A stretch of DNA of 63,842 bases, filler included, from Octopus bimaculoides (lineage: Eukaryota): assembly GCF_001194135.2 (NCBI RefSeq). It is 6 parts of 5 records of this genome, joined end to end, with 100 filler letters (N's around TTAATTAATTAA, not from the genome) between each part and the next. Parts side by side here need not be neighbours in the genome. Positions count along the whole stretch, not along the records: positions 52,305 to 55,923 come from NC_068997.1; positions 56,024 to 62,727 come from NW_026301203.1; positions 62,828 to 63,842 come from NC_068983.1; 3 more parts are not named here. The stretch is one strand, 5' to 3'. The translations under genes and the position numbers were made by a program. Shown piece after piece: positions 52,621 through 63,842 of the stretch. Within the stretch, counting starts at the first letter, position 1, and every line of letters begins with the position of its first letter. Under the pieces are notes generated by a model, which saw nothing but the letters and a program-made list of their open reading frames with translations, did not search any database and was not told the DNA's origin.

Positions 52621-53356
52621 CTGTGTGTGTGTGTGTGTTTGTGTGTGTGTGTATGTATACATGTATGTATGCTGAAATATTTAGAACNNNNNNNNNNNNN
52701 NNNNNNNNNNNNNNNNNNNNNNNNNNNNNNNNNNNNNNNNNNNNNNNNNNNNNNNNNNNNNNNNNNNNNNNNNNNNNNNNNNNNNNNNNNNNNNNNNNNN
52801 NNNNNNNNNNNNNNNNNNNNNNNNNNNNNNNNNNNNNNNNNNNNNNNNNNNNNNNNNNNNNNNNNNNNNNNNNNNNNNNNNNNNNNNNNNNNNNNNNNNN
52901 NNNNNNNNNNNNNNNNNNNNNNNNNNNNNNNNNNNNNNNNNNNNNNNNNNNNNNNNNNNNNNNNNNNNNNNNNNNNNNNNNNNNNNNNNNNNNNNNNNNN
53001 NNNNNNNNNNNNNNNNNNNNNNNNNNNNNNNNNNNNNNNNNNNNNNNNNNNNNNNNNNNNNNNNNNNNNNNNNNNNNNNNNNNNNNNNNNNNNNNNNNNN
53101 NNNNNNNNNNNNNNNNNNNNNNNNNNNNNNNNNNNNNNNNNNNNNNNNNNNNNNNNNNNNNNNNNNNNNNNNNNNNNNNNNNNNNNNNNNNNNNNNNNNN
53201 NNNNNNNNNNNNNNNNNNNNNNNNNNNNNNNNNNNNNNNNNNNNNNNNNNNNNNNNNNNNNNNNNNNNNNNNNNNNNNNNNNNNNNNNNNNNNNNNNNNN
53301 NNNNNNNNNNNNNNNNNNNNNNNNNNNNNNNNNNNNNNNNNNNNNNNNNNNNNNNN

Positions 53357-53414
53357 AACCAACTGGATGATAATGAAAAGTATAATACAAAACTGATTAA
53401 AGACAATGTTTCAG
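53357..53414 (+). CDS. Candidate 3' end of an exon emerging from a gap (NQLDDNEKYNTKLIKDNVS)
   Basis: 19 open codons directly after the N gap, ending at a strong TCAG|GTAGGT phase-1 donor compatible with the 54330 exon. The acceptor is hidden, so this could be chance. Confidence 0.35.
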
Positions 53415-54329
53415 GTAGGTTTATCTTGTCACCCTTCTCTTAAATATTGATTTCAAATCTTGGCACAGCACCAGCAATTTCGGGGGGGGGGGGCTTAAAT
53501 TGATTACATCGACCAGTACTCAACTGGTATTTATTTTATTGACACCGAATTGATTAAAGGCAAAGTCGACCTCGGTCGGTTCGAACGAGCAGACATGCAG
53601 TGTTTGTGCTAGCCGTAGTATCTACGTTTATATAAATAGATTTACAATTTGCAGCCGCAGCCGTGGAACCTTAGGCAAGTGTCCTCTACAATAGCCTTCG
53701 GCCGACTAAGGGCTCCTGGATAGATTTGATGGTTGGAACCTGAAAAGACGCCTGTCATATAGGCACAGGAGCGGCTGTGTGGTAAAGAGCTTGCTTCCCA
53801 ACCAAATGGTTCCGAGTTCAGTCCCACTGCGTGGCACTTTGAGCAAGTGTCTTCTACCGAAGCCACGGTCAGTTGTGAGTGGATTTGGTAGGCGGAAACT
53901 TTTACTTGCTCCTGTCTTTAGACTGCGGCCATGCTGGAGTACCGGCTTGAAGAACTTTTAGTCGAATGAATCGGCTCCAATATTTATCTTTTTTAAAGCC
54001 TGGAACTTATTTTGCCGAACCGCTAATTTACGAAGACGTAAACACACCAACACCGGTGTGCTCGACTAGTCCCCTCTCCTACATTTCAGGCCTTGTGTCT
54101 ATAGCAGAAAGGAATATTTATAATTTCCTTTGAGGCGGCGACCTGGCAGAATCGTTAAGCACACTGGACGAAATGCTTAGCGGTATTTCGCCCATCGCTA
54201 CGTTCTGAGTTCAAATAAGTACCAGTTGCGCACTGGGGTCGATATAATCGACTTACCCTCCCCCCTCGAAATTGCTGCCCTTATTACAAAATTTGAATCC
54301 ATTATTTATAATTTCCTTTCTCTTTCCAG

Positions 54330-54458
54330 GAATAAACTGTGGACATTTCGACTCCAAAGACACAACCCATCTGGTGGCTGATCCCAACCACAGTGGTTCC
54401 TTCTACTTTTGTGTCAACGGGGTCAGTGTTGGACCCATGGAATGTGCTCAGGGAACCG
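54330..54458 (+). CDS. Chitin-binding type 2 (peritrophin-A/ChtBD2)-like exon, truncated by a gap
   Basis: tctttccAG acceptor, phase 1. GINCGHFDSKDTTHLVADPNHSGSFYFCVNGVSVGPMECAQGT matches the C-x17-[C]-x5-C-x10-C-xxGT pattern, with the DP and aromatic FYF motifs. Confidence 0.8.
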
Positions 54459-55339
54459 NNNNNNNNNNNNNNNNNNNNNNNNNNNNNNNNNNNNNNNNNN
54501 NNNNNNNNNNNNNNNNNNNNNNNNNNNNNNNNNNNNNNNNNNNNNNNNNNNNNNNNNNNNNNNNNNNNNNNNNNNNNNNNNNNNNNNNNNNNNNNNNNNN
54601 NNNNNNNNNNNNNNNNNNNNNNNNNNNNNNNNNNNNNNNNNNNNNNNNNNNNNNNNNNNNNNNNNNNNNNNNNNNNNNNNNNNNNNNNNNNNNNNNNNNN
54701 NNNNNNNNNNNNNNNNNNNNNNNNNNNNNNNNNNNNNNNNNNNNNNNNNNNNNNNNNNNNNNNNNNNNNNNNNNNNNNNNNNNNNNNNNNNNNNNNNNNN
54801 NNNNNNNNNNNNNNNNNNNNNNNNNNNNNNNNNNNNNNNNNNNNNNNNNNNNNNNNNNNNNNNNNNNNNNNNNNNNNNNNNNNNNNNNNNNNNNNNNNNN
54901 NNNNNNNNNNNNNNNNNNNNNNNNNNNNNNNNNNNNNNNNNNNNNNNNNNACATAGACACACATATGCATACATACACACACACACACATATGTGTGAAA
55001 GAGGGAAAAGGGAGATACAGACATATACGACGGGCTTCTTTCAGTTTCCGTCCACCAAATTCACTCACAAGGCTTTGGTCGACCCGAGTCTATAATGGAG
55101 GACGCTTGTCCAAGGTGCTACGCAGTGGGACTGAACCCGGAACCATGTGGTTGGGAAGCAAGCTTCTTATCACGCAACCGTTATTTTGTTCATCGACGAA
55201 TTGTGGTGATGAGAGTGAAAGAGAAGAGTGACACGGTAAACGTGTGACAGGGTTTAGTTTCCCCTTCCGACATTCGGGAGGAGTTACGATTCCTCTCTCT
55301 CTCAGCATCTGATGTTTTTTAAGTGGTTGGGATTATACC

Positions 55340-55660
55340 TGCCCTCCGTCGGTTACGACGATGAGTATCTCAGCTGTTCCGATCAACAGAACCCCCTGCT
55401 CGTGAAACTAACGTGCAAGTGGCTGAGCATTCCACAGACTCGTGTACCATTAATATATTTCCCAGGAAGATTCAGCGTGATACAGAATGTGATAAAGCCG
55501 GCCCCTTTGTATTACAGGTACAACTCATTCTTGCCAGCTGGGTGAATCGGAGCAAAGTAAAATAAAATGCCTAGTTCAAAGATACAACGCGTCATCAGGA
55601 ATCGAACCCACGTCTTTACAATTGTGAGCCAAACACCCTAACTACTAAGCCATGCGCTTT
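55340..55660 (-). mobile_element. tRNA-derived SINE, family B, near-complete copy
   Basis: Reverse complement of the A/B-box head (gcgcatggcttagtagttaggg...gggttcgattcc) plus a body shared with the 37297 and 52305 copies. Confidence 0.75.
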
Positions 55661-55698
55661 AAGATTACAGTAGCACGTTTAATGCTAGTGGAATTGAT

Positions 55699-55915
55699 AA
55701 GGCGGCGAGCTGGCAGAATCGTTAACACGCCGGGCGAAATGTTTAGCGGTATTTCGTCTGCCGTTACGTTCTGAGTTCAAATTCTGCCGAGGTCGACTTT
55801 CATCCTTTCAGGGTCGATTAAATAAGTACCAGTTACGCACTGGAGTCGATGTAATCGACTTAATCCCTTTGTTTATCCCCTCTATGTTCAGCCCCTTGTG
55901 GGCAATAAAGAAACA
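55699..55915 (+). mobile_element. Family C SINE, well preserved
   Basis: aaggcggcgagctggcagaatcgtta...gagttcaaattc...gtcgattaaataagtaccag. Confidence 0.85.
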
Positions 55916-56023
55916 AGGCACGTNNNNNNNNNNNNNNNNNNNNNNNNNNNNNNNNNNNNNNNNNNNNTTAATTAATTAANNNNNNNNNNNNNNNNNNNNN
56001 NNNNNNNNNNNNNNNNNNNNNNN

Positions 56024-56170
56024 ACACTTTCCTCTCCACGATACCAGACGAACCAATGGCTCGAAATGAGACACACTTTAGGGCAGCGATGTCAAATTCT
56101 CTTATACACCAGATGTGCCATCAAAACTCTTGATTGAACTATATCAGGTGGAGGAGAAGAGCCATGCAAG
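56024..56170 (+). mobile_element. CR1-group LINE extreme 3' fragment
   Basis: FLSTIPDEP......RAAMSNSLIHQ resembles the C-terminal motif of CR1/L2-group ORF2. Confidence 0.5.
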
Positions 56171-56316
56171 GAACGTGAAGAGCGCACAGCATAAAGACGG
56201 AAAGTTATGGTGGTGCTCCAGCATGACCGTAGCCACTCGGCTGAAACGTATAAATAAATAAATAAATAAATAAAATTATATGTTTAGTTATTTCCTTTCA
56301 TTTAAATATATATACG

Positions 56317-56347
<31 letters not shown>

Positions 56348-56705
56348 TCTGTTCTTAGTGTTTACTATATGTATGTGTATGTATGCATATGTATGAATGT
56401 GTATATACATACATACATACATACATATATCTTTGAGCAGTCCGACTTAATTACATTATTATAGAGTTCCTCTTCGAATTAGATGTACTTTTACATCGTA
56501 TATATTAACTCAGTAAATCTGATTATTTCTGCCTGTTATCGGACCCCTGTTGCTTGTCACTTTGCATGAAAACTACAAATTATTTATTCATGTAACACTT
56601 ATTTATGCACACACTATTCAGATATAAACATACGGATAAATATTCATATAGATATGATATATTCATATAGACATATTCATATATACATACGTATATAAAT
56701 TGGCA

Positions 56706-56743
<38 letters not shown>

Positions 56744-58730
56744 NNNNNNNNNNNNNNNNNNNNNNNNNNNNNNNNNNNNNNNNNNNNNNNNNNNNNNNNN
56801 NNNNNNNNNNNNNNNNNNNNNNNNNNNNNNNNNNNNNNNNNNNNNNNNNNNNNNNNNNNNNNNNNNNNNNNNNNNNNNNNNNNNNNNNNNNNNNNNNNNN
56901 NNNNNNNNNNNNNNNNNNNNNNNNNNNNNNNNNNNNNNNNNNNNNNNNNNNNNNNNNNNNNNNNNNNNNNNNNNNNNNNNNNNNNNNNNNNNNNNNNNNN
57001 NNNNNNNNNNNNNNNNNNNNNNNNNNNNNNNNNNNNNNNNNNNNNNNNNNNNNNNNNNNNNNNNNNNNNNNNNNNNNNNNNNNNNNNNNNNNNNNNNNNN
57101 NNNNNNNNNNNNNNNNNNNNNNNNNNNNNNNNNNNNNNNNNNNNNNNNNNNNNNNNNNNNNNNNNNNNNNNNNNNNNNNNNNNNNNNNNNNNNNNNNNNN
57201 NNNNNNNNNNNNNNNNNNNNNNNNNNNNNNNNNNNNNNNNNNNNNNNNNNNNNNNNNNNNNNNNNNNNNNNNNNNNNNNNNNNNNNNNNNNNNNNNNNNN
57301 NNNNNNNNNNNNNNNNNNNNNNNNNNNNNNNNNNNNNNNNNNNNNNNNNNNNNNNNNNNNNNNNNNNNNNNNNNNNNNNNNNNNNNNNNNNNNNNNNNNN
57401 NNNNNNNNNNNNNNNNNNNNNNNNNNNNNNNNNNNNNNNNNNNNNNNNNNNNNNNNNNNNNNNNNNNNNNNNNNNNNNNNNNNNNNNNNNNNNNNNNNNN
57501 NNNNNNNNNNNNNCCGGAACCATGTGGTTGGCAAGCAACCTTCTTAACACACAGCCACTCCTTCGCCTATATATATATATATATATACTAATAAAAGTGA
57601 AGTTCAATCTTGCTTGCTTGCAACGTTACTCAGCCAAACTGGCGCGTAATGGGAAAATACTATGAATTAAAACGCCCCTGAAATGTTAATACGAACGTAA
57701 TAAAACAAGCTTCGCGTAAATCGGACCAGTAGTTATTGCGATATTCAGTGTTTCGGGGTATAAATACCTAAACCGGTGCATAATGGGAAAATATTCCGAA
57801 TATATATATACATCCTAAAAGGGAAGAAATTCTAAAATATTGATTAGACACAGTGACTTGACAACGAAAAAATACGACTTGCTGTTTCAAGCTTGAGTTA
57901 AGTGGAGGATTGTTTTTAGATTTAAACAATTTGCTGAATTTAGATGTTAGATCGTTAGAAGGTTGTTTAATGTCTTTATTGGCGAAGAAGAAAGCAAGCT
58001 ATCTAATACAGTTAATAAAAGAGTTGTCTTACTAATGAGTTGTTTAACGAAAAACTTTCTTTGGGAAACGGGTATATCATTAAGAGATGCGTTTACGTTA
58101 GACTGTTTTATTTGCAGGTTATATGACAACCTGGTTGAAGTGTATATAAATGGATGTGTATTTTTTAAATGTGTACAAATAACAAGGAAAAAATAATTAC
58201 CAGTGTAGCAAAAATTCACATAAGTGCTCAGGATATTACAGGCTACTTATAAAGGTAGAAATTCTAGGGTTAAGTGAAATGTTTTTGTATAACATGGATA
58301 AATTCAGAAATGGAGACAAACGCAGGTGTTATTCAAATCATATGTTTCGAAGAAAGCATTGAGATTATTCCGGAGGGAATAAAGATCACATAAAACAATG
58401 CTACCATTTCTTCAGGGAAAAAAAGATAACCAAAACACATCAATAAGCCGTTTATATANNNNNNNNNNNNNNNNNNNNNNNNNNNNNNNNNNNNNNNNNN
58501 NNNNNNNNNNNNNNNNNNNNNNNNNNNNNNNNNNNNNNNNNNNNNNNNNNNNNNNNNNNNNNNNNNNNNNNNAATAATAAGGCAGAGTGCTAAACTGGAA
58601 GCATATTTTAATAAAGATTTCTAACCGGCTTTCATTGCCGTTACGATCCTGAGTCTTACATCTTACAATTTGCCCCATCTCTGTCTGAAAATCATACACA
58701 TTTTCTCTCTCTCTCTCTCTCCCTCCTCCC

Positions 58731-58761
<31 letters not shown>

Positions 58762-58858
58762 AATATATATATTGTGTGTGGGTGTGTATGTTTGCAACGA
58801 TGTATGCATGCATTTATTTGAGCATACACAAGTGTATGTTCCTTTGTGTGTGTGCATA

Positions 58859-58906
<48 letters not shown>

Positions 58907-59364
58907 CATCTATCTGTCTGTCTATCTATCTATCTATCTGTTTATCTATCTGTCTGTCTGTCTACTTATCTACATTACTAGCTAGCTATCTCCCAGTCTT
59001 TGTTTATAAGTCTCTCTCTCTCTCTCCCTCACCCACCCTCTCTCTCTCTCTCCCTCTGTGTCTCTCTCTTTATCTGTCAGTGCTTGGTTGCAAAGTGTTA
59101 TGGACCAGCAGCCAACTTTATCTCCAATATGGCTCCGTGCCACAGTTTCTTCTAGTGCTGGTTTTCTATTTATTCTCCGATCCAACGTTTGGCTTACGTC
59201 ACTGGACGGTCGCAGAAATGTTTTTAATACGAGGCAACATTTCCTTATGTAAGATGTCAATTTCCATAATCACCATCATCATCACCATCATCACCACCAT
59301 CATCATCATCATCACCATCACCATCATCATCATCATCATCATCATCATCACCACCATCATCATC

Positions 59365-59395
<31 letters not shown>

Positions 59396-60594
59396 CCATC
59401 ATCATCATCAACAGCATCATCGTCATCATCATTATCATCACCACCGCCACCACCACTACAAGTACCATCATCTTCGTCATCGTCGTCATCATCATCATGA
59501 TCGTCATTATCAACCCCTGGACGTTACTGTGTTGTCTTCTAGGACTCATAAGGAAGGTCGTCTGGTATTTATGTCATAGAAGCAATCGAGATCACGACAT
59601 TCGTCAGTGTTTCAACGGTTGTTCATTTACAGCGAGCGGATTCTAGTAACGTGAAATGAAATGTCATGCTCAAGAACGCAACGCATCATCCGGCCCAGGA
59701 TCGTGCGCCTTCACAAGTTACAGTCGGAGGCCATGTTTCAGTACCGAGAATCGAACCAGTTTACAACACATCGTTTTCTCAACGTTCTCCAGCTTTGTTC
59801 TCAAGTTTTATATGTTCTTCATGTACATGGTGTCGTCTGCGTTTCCCCTCCTTTACCTTTTTCTCTTCAATTCAATCTTTCATAATTATCCTTGCTGCTC
59901 AAGATGTTGCCTTAAAAAACAAAATTTAATATTACTTCCCTTTTTTCTGATCTGATTCCTGTTTCTTTCTGCTGTTTGTATTGCACGCAATTTAATTGTT
60001 CGTACGAGTTCCATATCAACCCTTTACATCCTTCACATCGTTATTCTTCTTTCATACAAATATACAGAACAGCATCAGCAGCAGTAGCAGCAGTAGCAGC
60101 ATAAAAAATCATTGCTAATGTCACACCTCCAGGAATCTCATTTTGTTTGATTTCACTTATATTCTGATTCCATTTTGTTTTCTGAATCTATATGCGTGCG
60201 CACACGTATGTATGTATGTATGTATGTATGTATGTATGTATGTATGTATGTATGTATGTATGTATGTATAAATACATATGTAAATATGAACATATATAAG
60301 TAGGTTTTTATATATATATNNNNNNNNNNNNNNNNNNNNNNNNNNNNNNNNNNNNNNNNNNNNNNNNNNNNNNNNNNNNNNNNNNNNNNNNNNNNNNNNN
60401 NNNNNNNNNNNNNNNNNNNNNNNNNNNNNNNNNNNNNNNNNNNNNNNNNNNNNNNNNNNNNNNNNNNNNNNNNNNNNNNNNNNNNNNNNNNNNNNNNNNN
60501 NNNNNNNNNNNNNNNNNNNNNNNNNNNNNNNNNNNNNNNNNNNNNNNNNNNNNNNNNNNNNNNNNNNNNNNNNNNNNNNNNNNNNNNNNNNNNN

Positions 60595-60632
<38 letters not shown>

Positions 60633-63600
60633 CGTATATATATATGTCATACATATACACACACATATATATGTATATAAATGTATATATATTTATAAGC
60701 ACATACATGCGAACATACATGCATACATACAAACATACATACATACATATATACATACACACATTCGTGCGTACGCACATACAAGCATACATACACATAC
60801 GGATGTTGATTTCCATGTTATGGATTGAGATGTATTTCGATCCAAATTTCTCGAATCCTCCCTCTCTCCTCCTCCTCCTCTGCGTGAAAATAACAATCTT
60901 CTTTTACTCTATGTATACACAATCACGTGAAGAGAAACACGTCAGTGAATAAATAAAAAATTGAATATCTTCGTAGAGTACCTAGTTACCACAAAGATGT
61001 TGAACGCTGGTATGGTAGTTGACGGCGGGGCAGCGGGGACAACTACCACTTGCCCTCAGGTTCATCATTATCATCGTCTTTATCATCATCACCATCATCA
61101 TCGTCACTATCCTCCTCCTCCACCACCTCTTCCATCCCCTTCCTCCTCCTCCTCCTCCTCATCCTGCCTCCCTTTCCCATCTTCTCCATCCTCCTCCTTC
61201 TCCTCCTTGCCATCATCATCACCATCAGCAGCAGCAACTGCATCTACTTGATGAGTGAAAAAGAAAAACACTATCTCAAATAGTTTAACATGTCCGACCT
61301 ACCATTTGTTCTTACGGTGGAAAGAAGCATCCACATTATAAAATCCTTTTGTTATATCCAGTCAGGACCGTCGTAGACAAAGGTCTATAGGCCCTTTTTT
61401 TTTATAAGTGCAAACATTTTAGGCGTATTATTCGCAAGAAACTGAAGTAAATTGAGTGGTAAACTCAACGCTTCGATAAAAGTGGGTTCAGGAATAGATT
61501 TGGTGTCTTAATTCGTTGAATAACCTGCACGATAAATAGTATTTTAGTGAGCGTGGTTTGTGGGGAGCCAGTCTCAATCTCTTTTCCTTTAGATTTATAT
61601 TGGTCTGGTGCAACAAACGCCACAAAACTAGTACTTATCCGGATCCGGGACTTGTATGGAGTTACCTTTTCTTTGATGGGCAGCTAAACAGCTGAAAGGT
61701 TTCGTCTACCCTGTGTTTATTTGAGTTACTTCTTTGTGGAGGTAACTCTGTGATGTGCCAGTTAACCCATAGCTGTGGCCCTGAGAGGCGCTACTACTTC
61801 AGGTCAGAGTGAACAATAGTGGTTAAGAGTTGGTTCCATATTCTTCGAAAACCCTGGAACTCCCGAACCAGAGCCCCACTATCGGATGCACTTTGAAGTC
61901 ATACCCAGGACACAGATGAGCAGCTAAAGAGCTGGAGGCCTTCATCTGCCCTGGGTCAGTTGGGGAGTCTGTGAGTGACTTGCCCCAGGAGTTAATTCCG
62001 TGACATGTTTGATCCAAGCGAATTCCGGCAAAATACCATATTTTAATAATTAAATTAATTCGCTGGTTATGTTCGAATTAACTCCGATAATGACAGCACC
62101 ATTCAGTCAACGGTTTCCTTCGATTTTCATGAGATAAAAATCTTTCGTCCAATGAGAACTAGAAATTTATTTGAAGGCAAATTCTTACAGCGGCAAATTC
62201 TTGCTAAATATGTGTATTGTACCAAAAATATTTCATTATGTTCCAAAATCGTTAACGTGAAACTTAGAAATACGCTTTGTAAAAGTTCTCCTGCTTCAGT
62301 AAAATTATTTATATCATGTTTGTATGTATATGTGTATGTATATAATGTACATATTAATATATATATATATGCATATGCATATGTTTAGCACATACCTACC
62401 TACAAACATACATGCATATCAACACACAGACATGTATATGCATACATGCAATATGAGATAGATGCATAGATTGAATAGAAAAGCACATTGAAAGGGCATT
62501 AAAAAAAATTAGTGCTCAGAATAGGCTCTTGGAGGCCCTCACTTCCTTTCAGATTTCAATAGGGCTTGTCATAAGGGGCTATTCTCCAACGCCTTCTTCC
62601 TCATGTCGATTGTTCTCTTGCCGTTTCTTTAGGGATTCCTCATTCTTAGAGGACTGGGTTGCTGACTCTGTGCCCAACCCTTATTCTTCTTCTTTGATTG
62701 AGTGTGTGAGTATATATATATACACATNNNNNNNNNNNNNNNNNNNNNNNNNNNNNNNNNNNNNNNNNNNNTTAATTAATTAANNNNNNNNNNNNNNNNN
62801 NNNNNNNNNNNNNNNNNNNNNNNNNNNTATATATATATACATACATACATACATACATACAGTCACACAAACTTATAGACAAATATTAGAGTTCACAGCT
62901 TAGTGGGATATTCAAAAACTTTTTCCGCTGGAAGTTTAATTTCAACTCCGGGCTTTGTCGTACAGTAACAGAATGATATTCTACAAAGATTGCGTCCCTT
63001 ATTTTTACCTGAACAGGACGCCAATCCGTCGTATGCTTCTTCATGTACAGCTGAGTGAACTCGATCGATGTGAGATCAAGTGTTTTGCTCAAGAACACAA
63101 CTCAACGCTTTGTCTTGGCATCAACAGAACGATCTTGCCATCGTAAGCACAACACCCTAACCATTAGACCACACGTTTTCACATCTTTTCGGAGTCAAAA
63201 AATGCAGAACCACAGAGCGGTGGTTTGATGGAATTGTTGGTATTGAGCGATATACATTCTGATATTGTTCCGGCTCACTACGGCTCTGAGTTCAAATTCA
63301 GCCGGAGTCAACTCTGCATTTCGTCATTTCAGAGTCGATACGGAATCACACAGTGGCGAACTGAGGAAATTGCTAGAATGTTGGACATGATACTTTTGAT
63401 ATTGTTCCGGTACATTACGTTGTGAATTCAAATCTAGCCGGTGTCAACTCTGCCTTTCCTAATTTCGGGGTTGATAAAATACATTTTTGAGTGATAGACT
63501 GGTGGAATTGCTAGAGAGATTTTCTGGTTTTGTTCCGACTCACTACGCTGTGATTTCAAATATTGCCGTGGTCAACGTTGCCCTTTTACCATTTTCTTTT

Positions 63601-63787
63601 TGGTAAAGAGACAAAGACATACTAGAAGAGATACTTTGTGATGTTTTGTTCAAGTCCTTTGTGTTGTGATTTCCCGGATGGGAGAAGTGTGTGCGTGCGC
63701 GCGCGTGTGTGTGTGTAAGGGAGACGTGTGAAAAAGAAAGATGGCTTATGTGTCCTGCACGGTATTGAGAACGTTTGTGAAGGTGTG

Positions 63788-63830
<43 letters not shown>

Positions 63831-63842
63831 ACTATATATATA

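Noticed and set aside
57585-58300. Helitron-like 5' end (tatactaataaaa) and a possible Penelope RT remnant near 57950-58300; also a Helitron-like 3' end near 34641-34678
   Set aside because: The motifs are too degenerate and have no matching partner ends, so they are not called as features.

Overview
This is AT-rich, microsatellite-dense animal genomic DNA with many N gaps. The SINE families and repeat load look like an Octopus genome, which is an inference from recall and not verified. One real host gene is visible, on the + strand from about 27.3 to at least 54.5 kb. It is built from phase-1 modules: three Pro/Thr-rich linker microexons (42, 30 and 39 nt), each followed by a von Willebrand A (vWA) domain with an intact MIDAS motif, and then a peritrophin-A/ChtBD2-like exon that runs into a gap. 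This (vWA)3+ChtBD2 layout is the architecture of the molluscan shell-matrix Pif/BMSP family. The gene's start and end are not resolved. Almost everything else is decayed mobile DNA: a hAT transposon nested in a CR1-type LINE, Tc1 and DD37D transposons, Penelope-like elements, Tx1, RTE and RLE-type LINE fragments, Charlie- and piggyBac-type MITEs, and several tRNA-SINE families. Reading by eye also found two foldable type I hammerhead ribozymes, one inside a 355-bp partial tandem repeat, a 38-bp pre-miRNA-like hairpin, and an inverted duplication of a transposon end plus its flank. Boundaries of decayed repeats are approximate. Splice and TSD/TIR coordinates were counted by hand.
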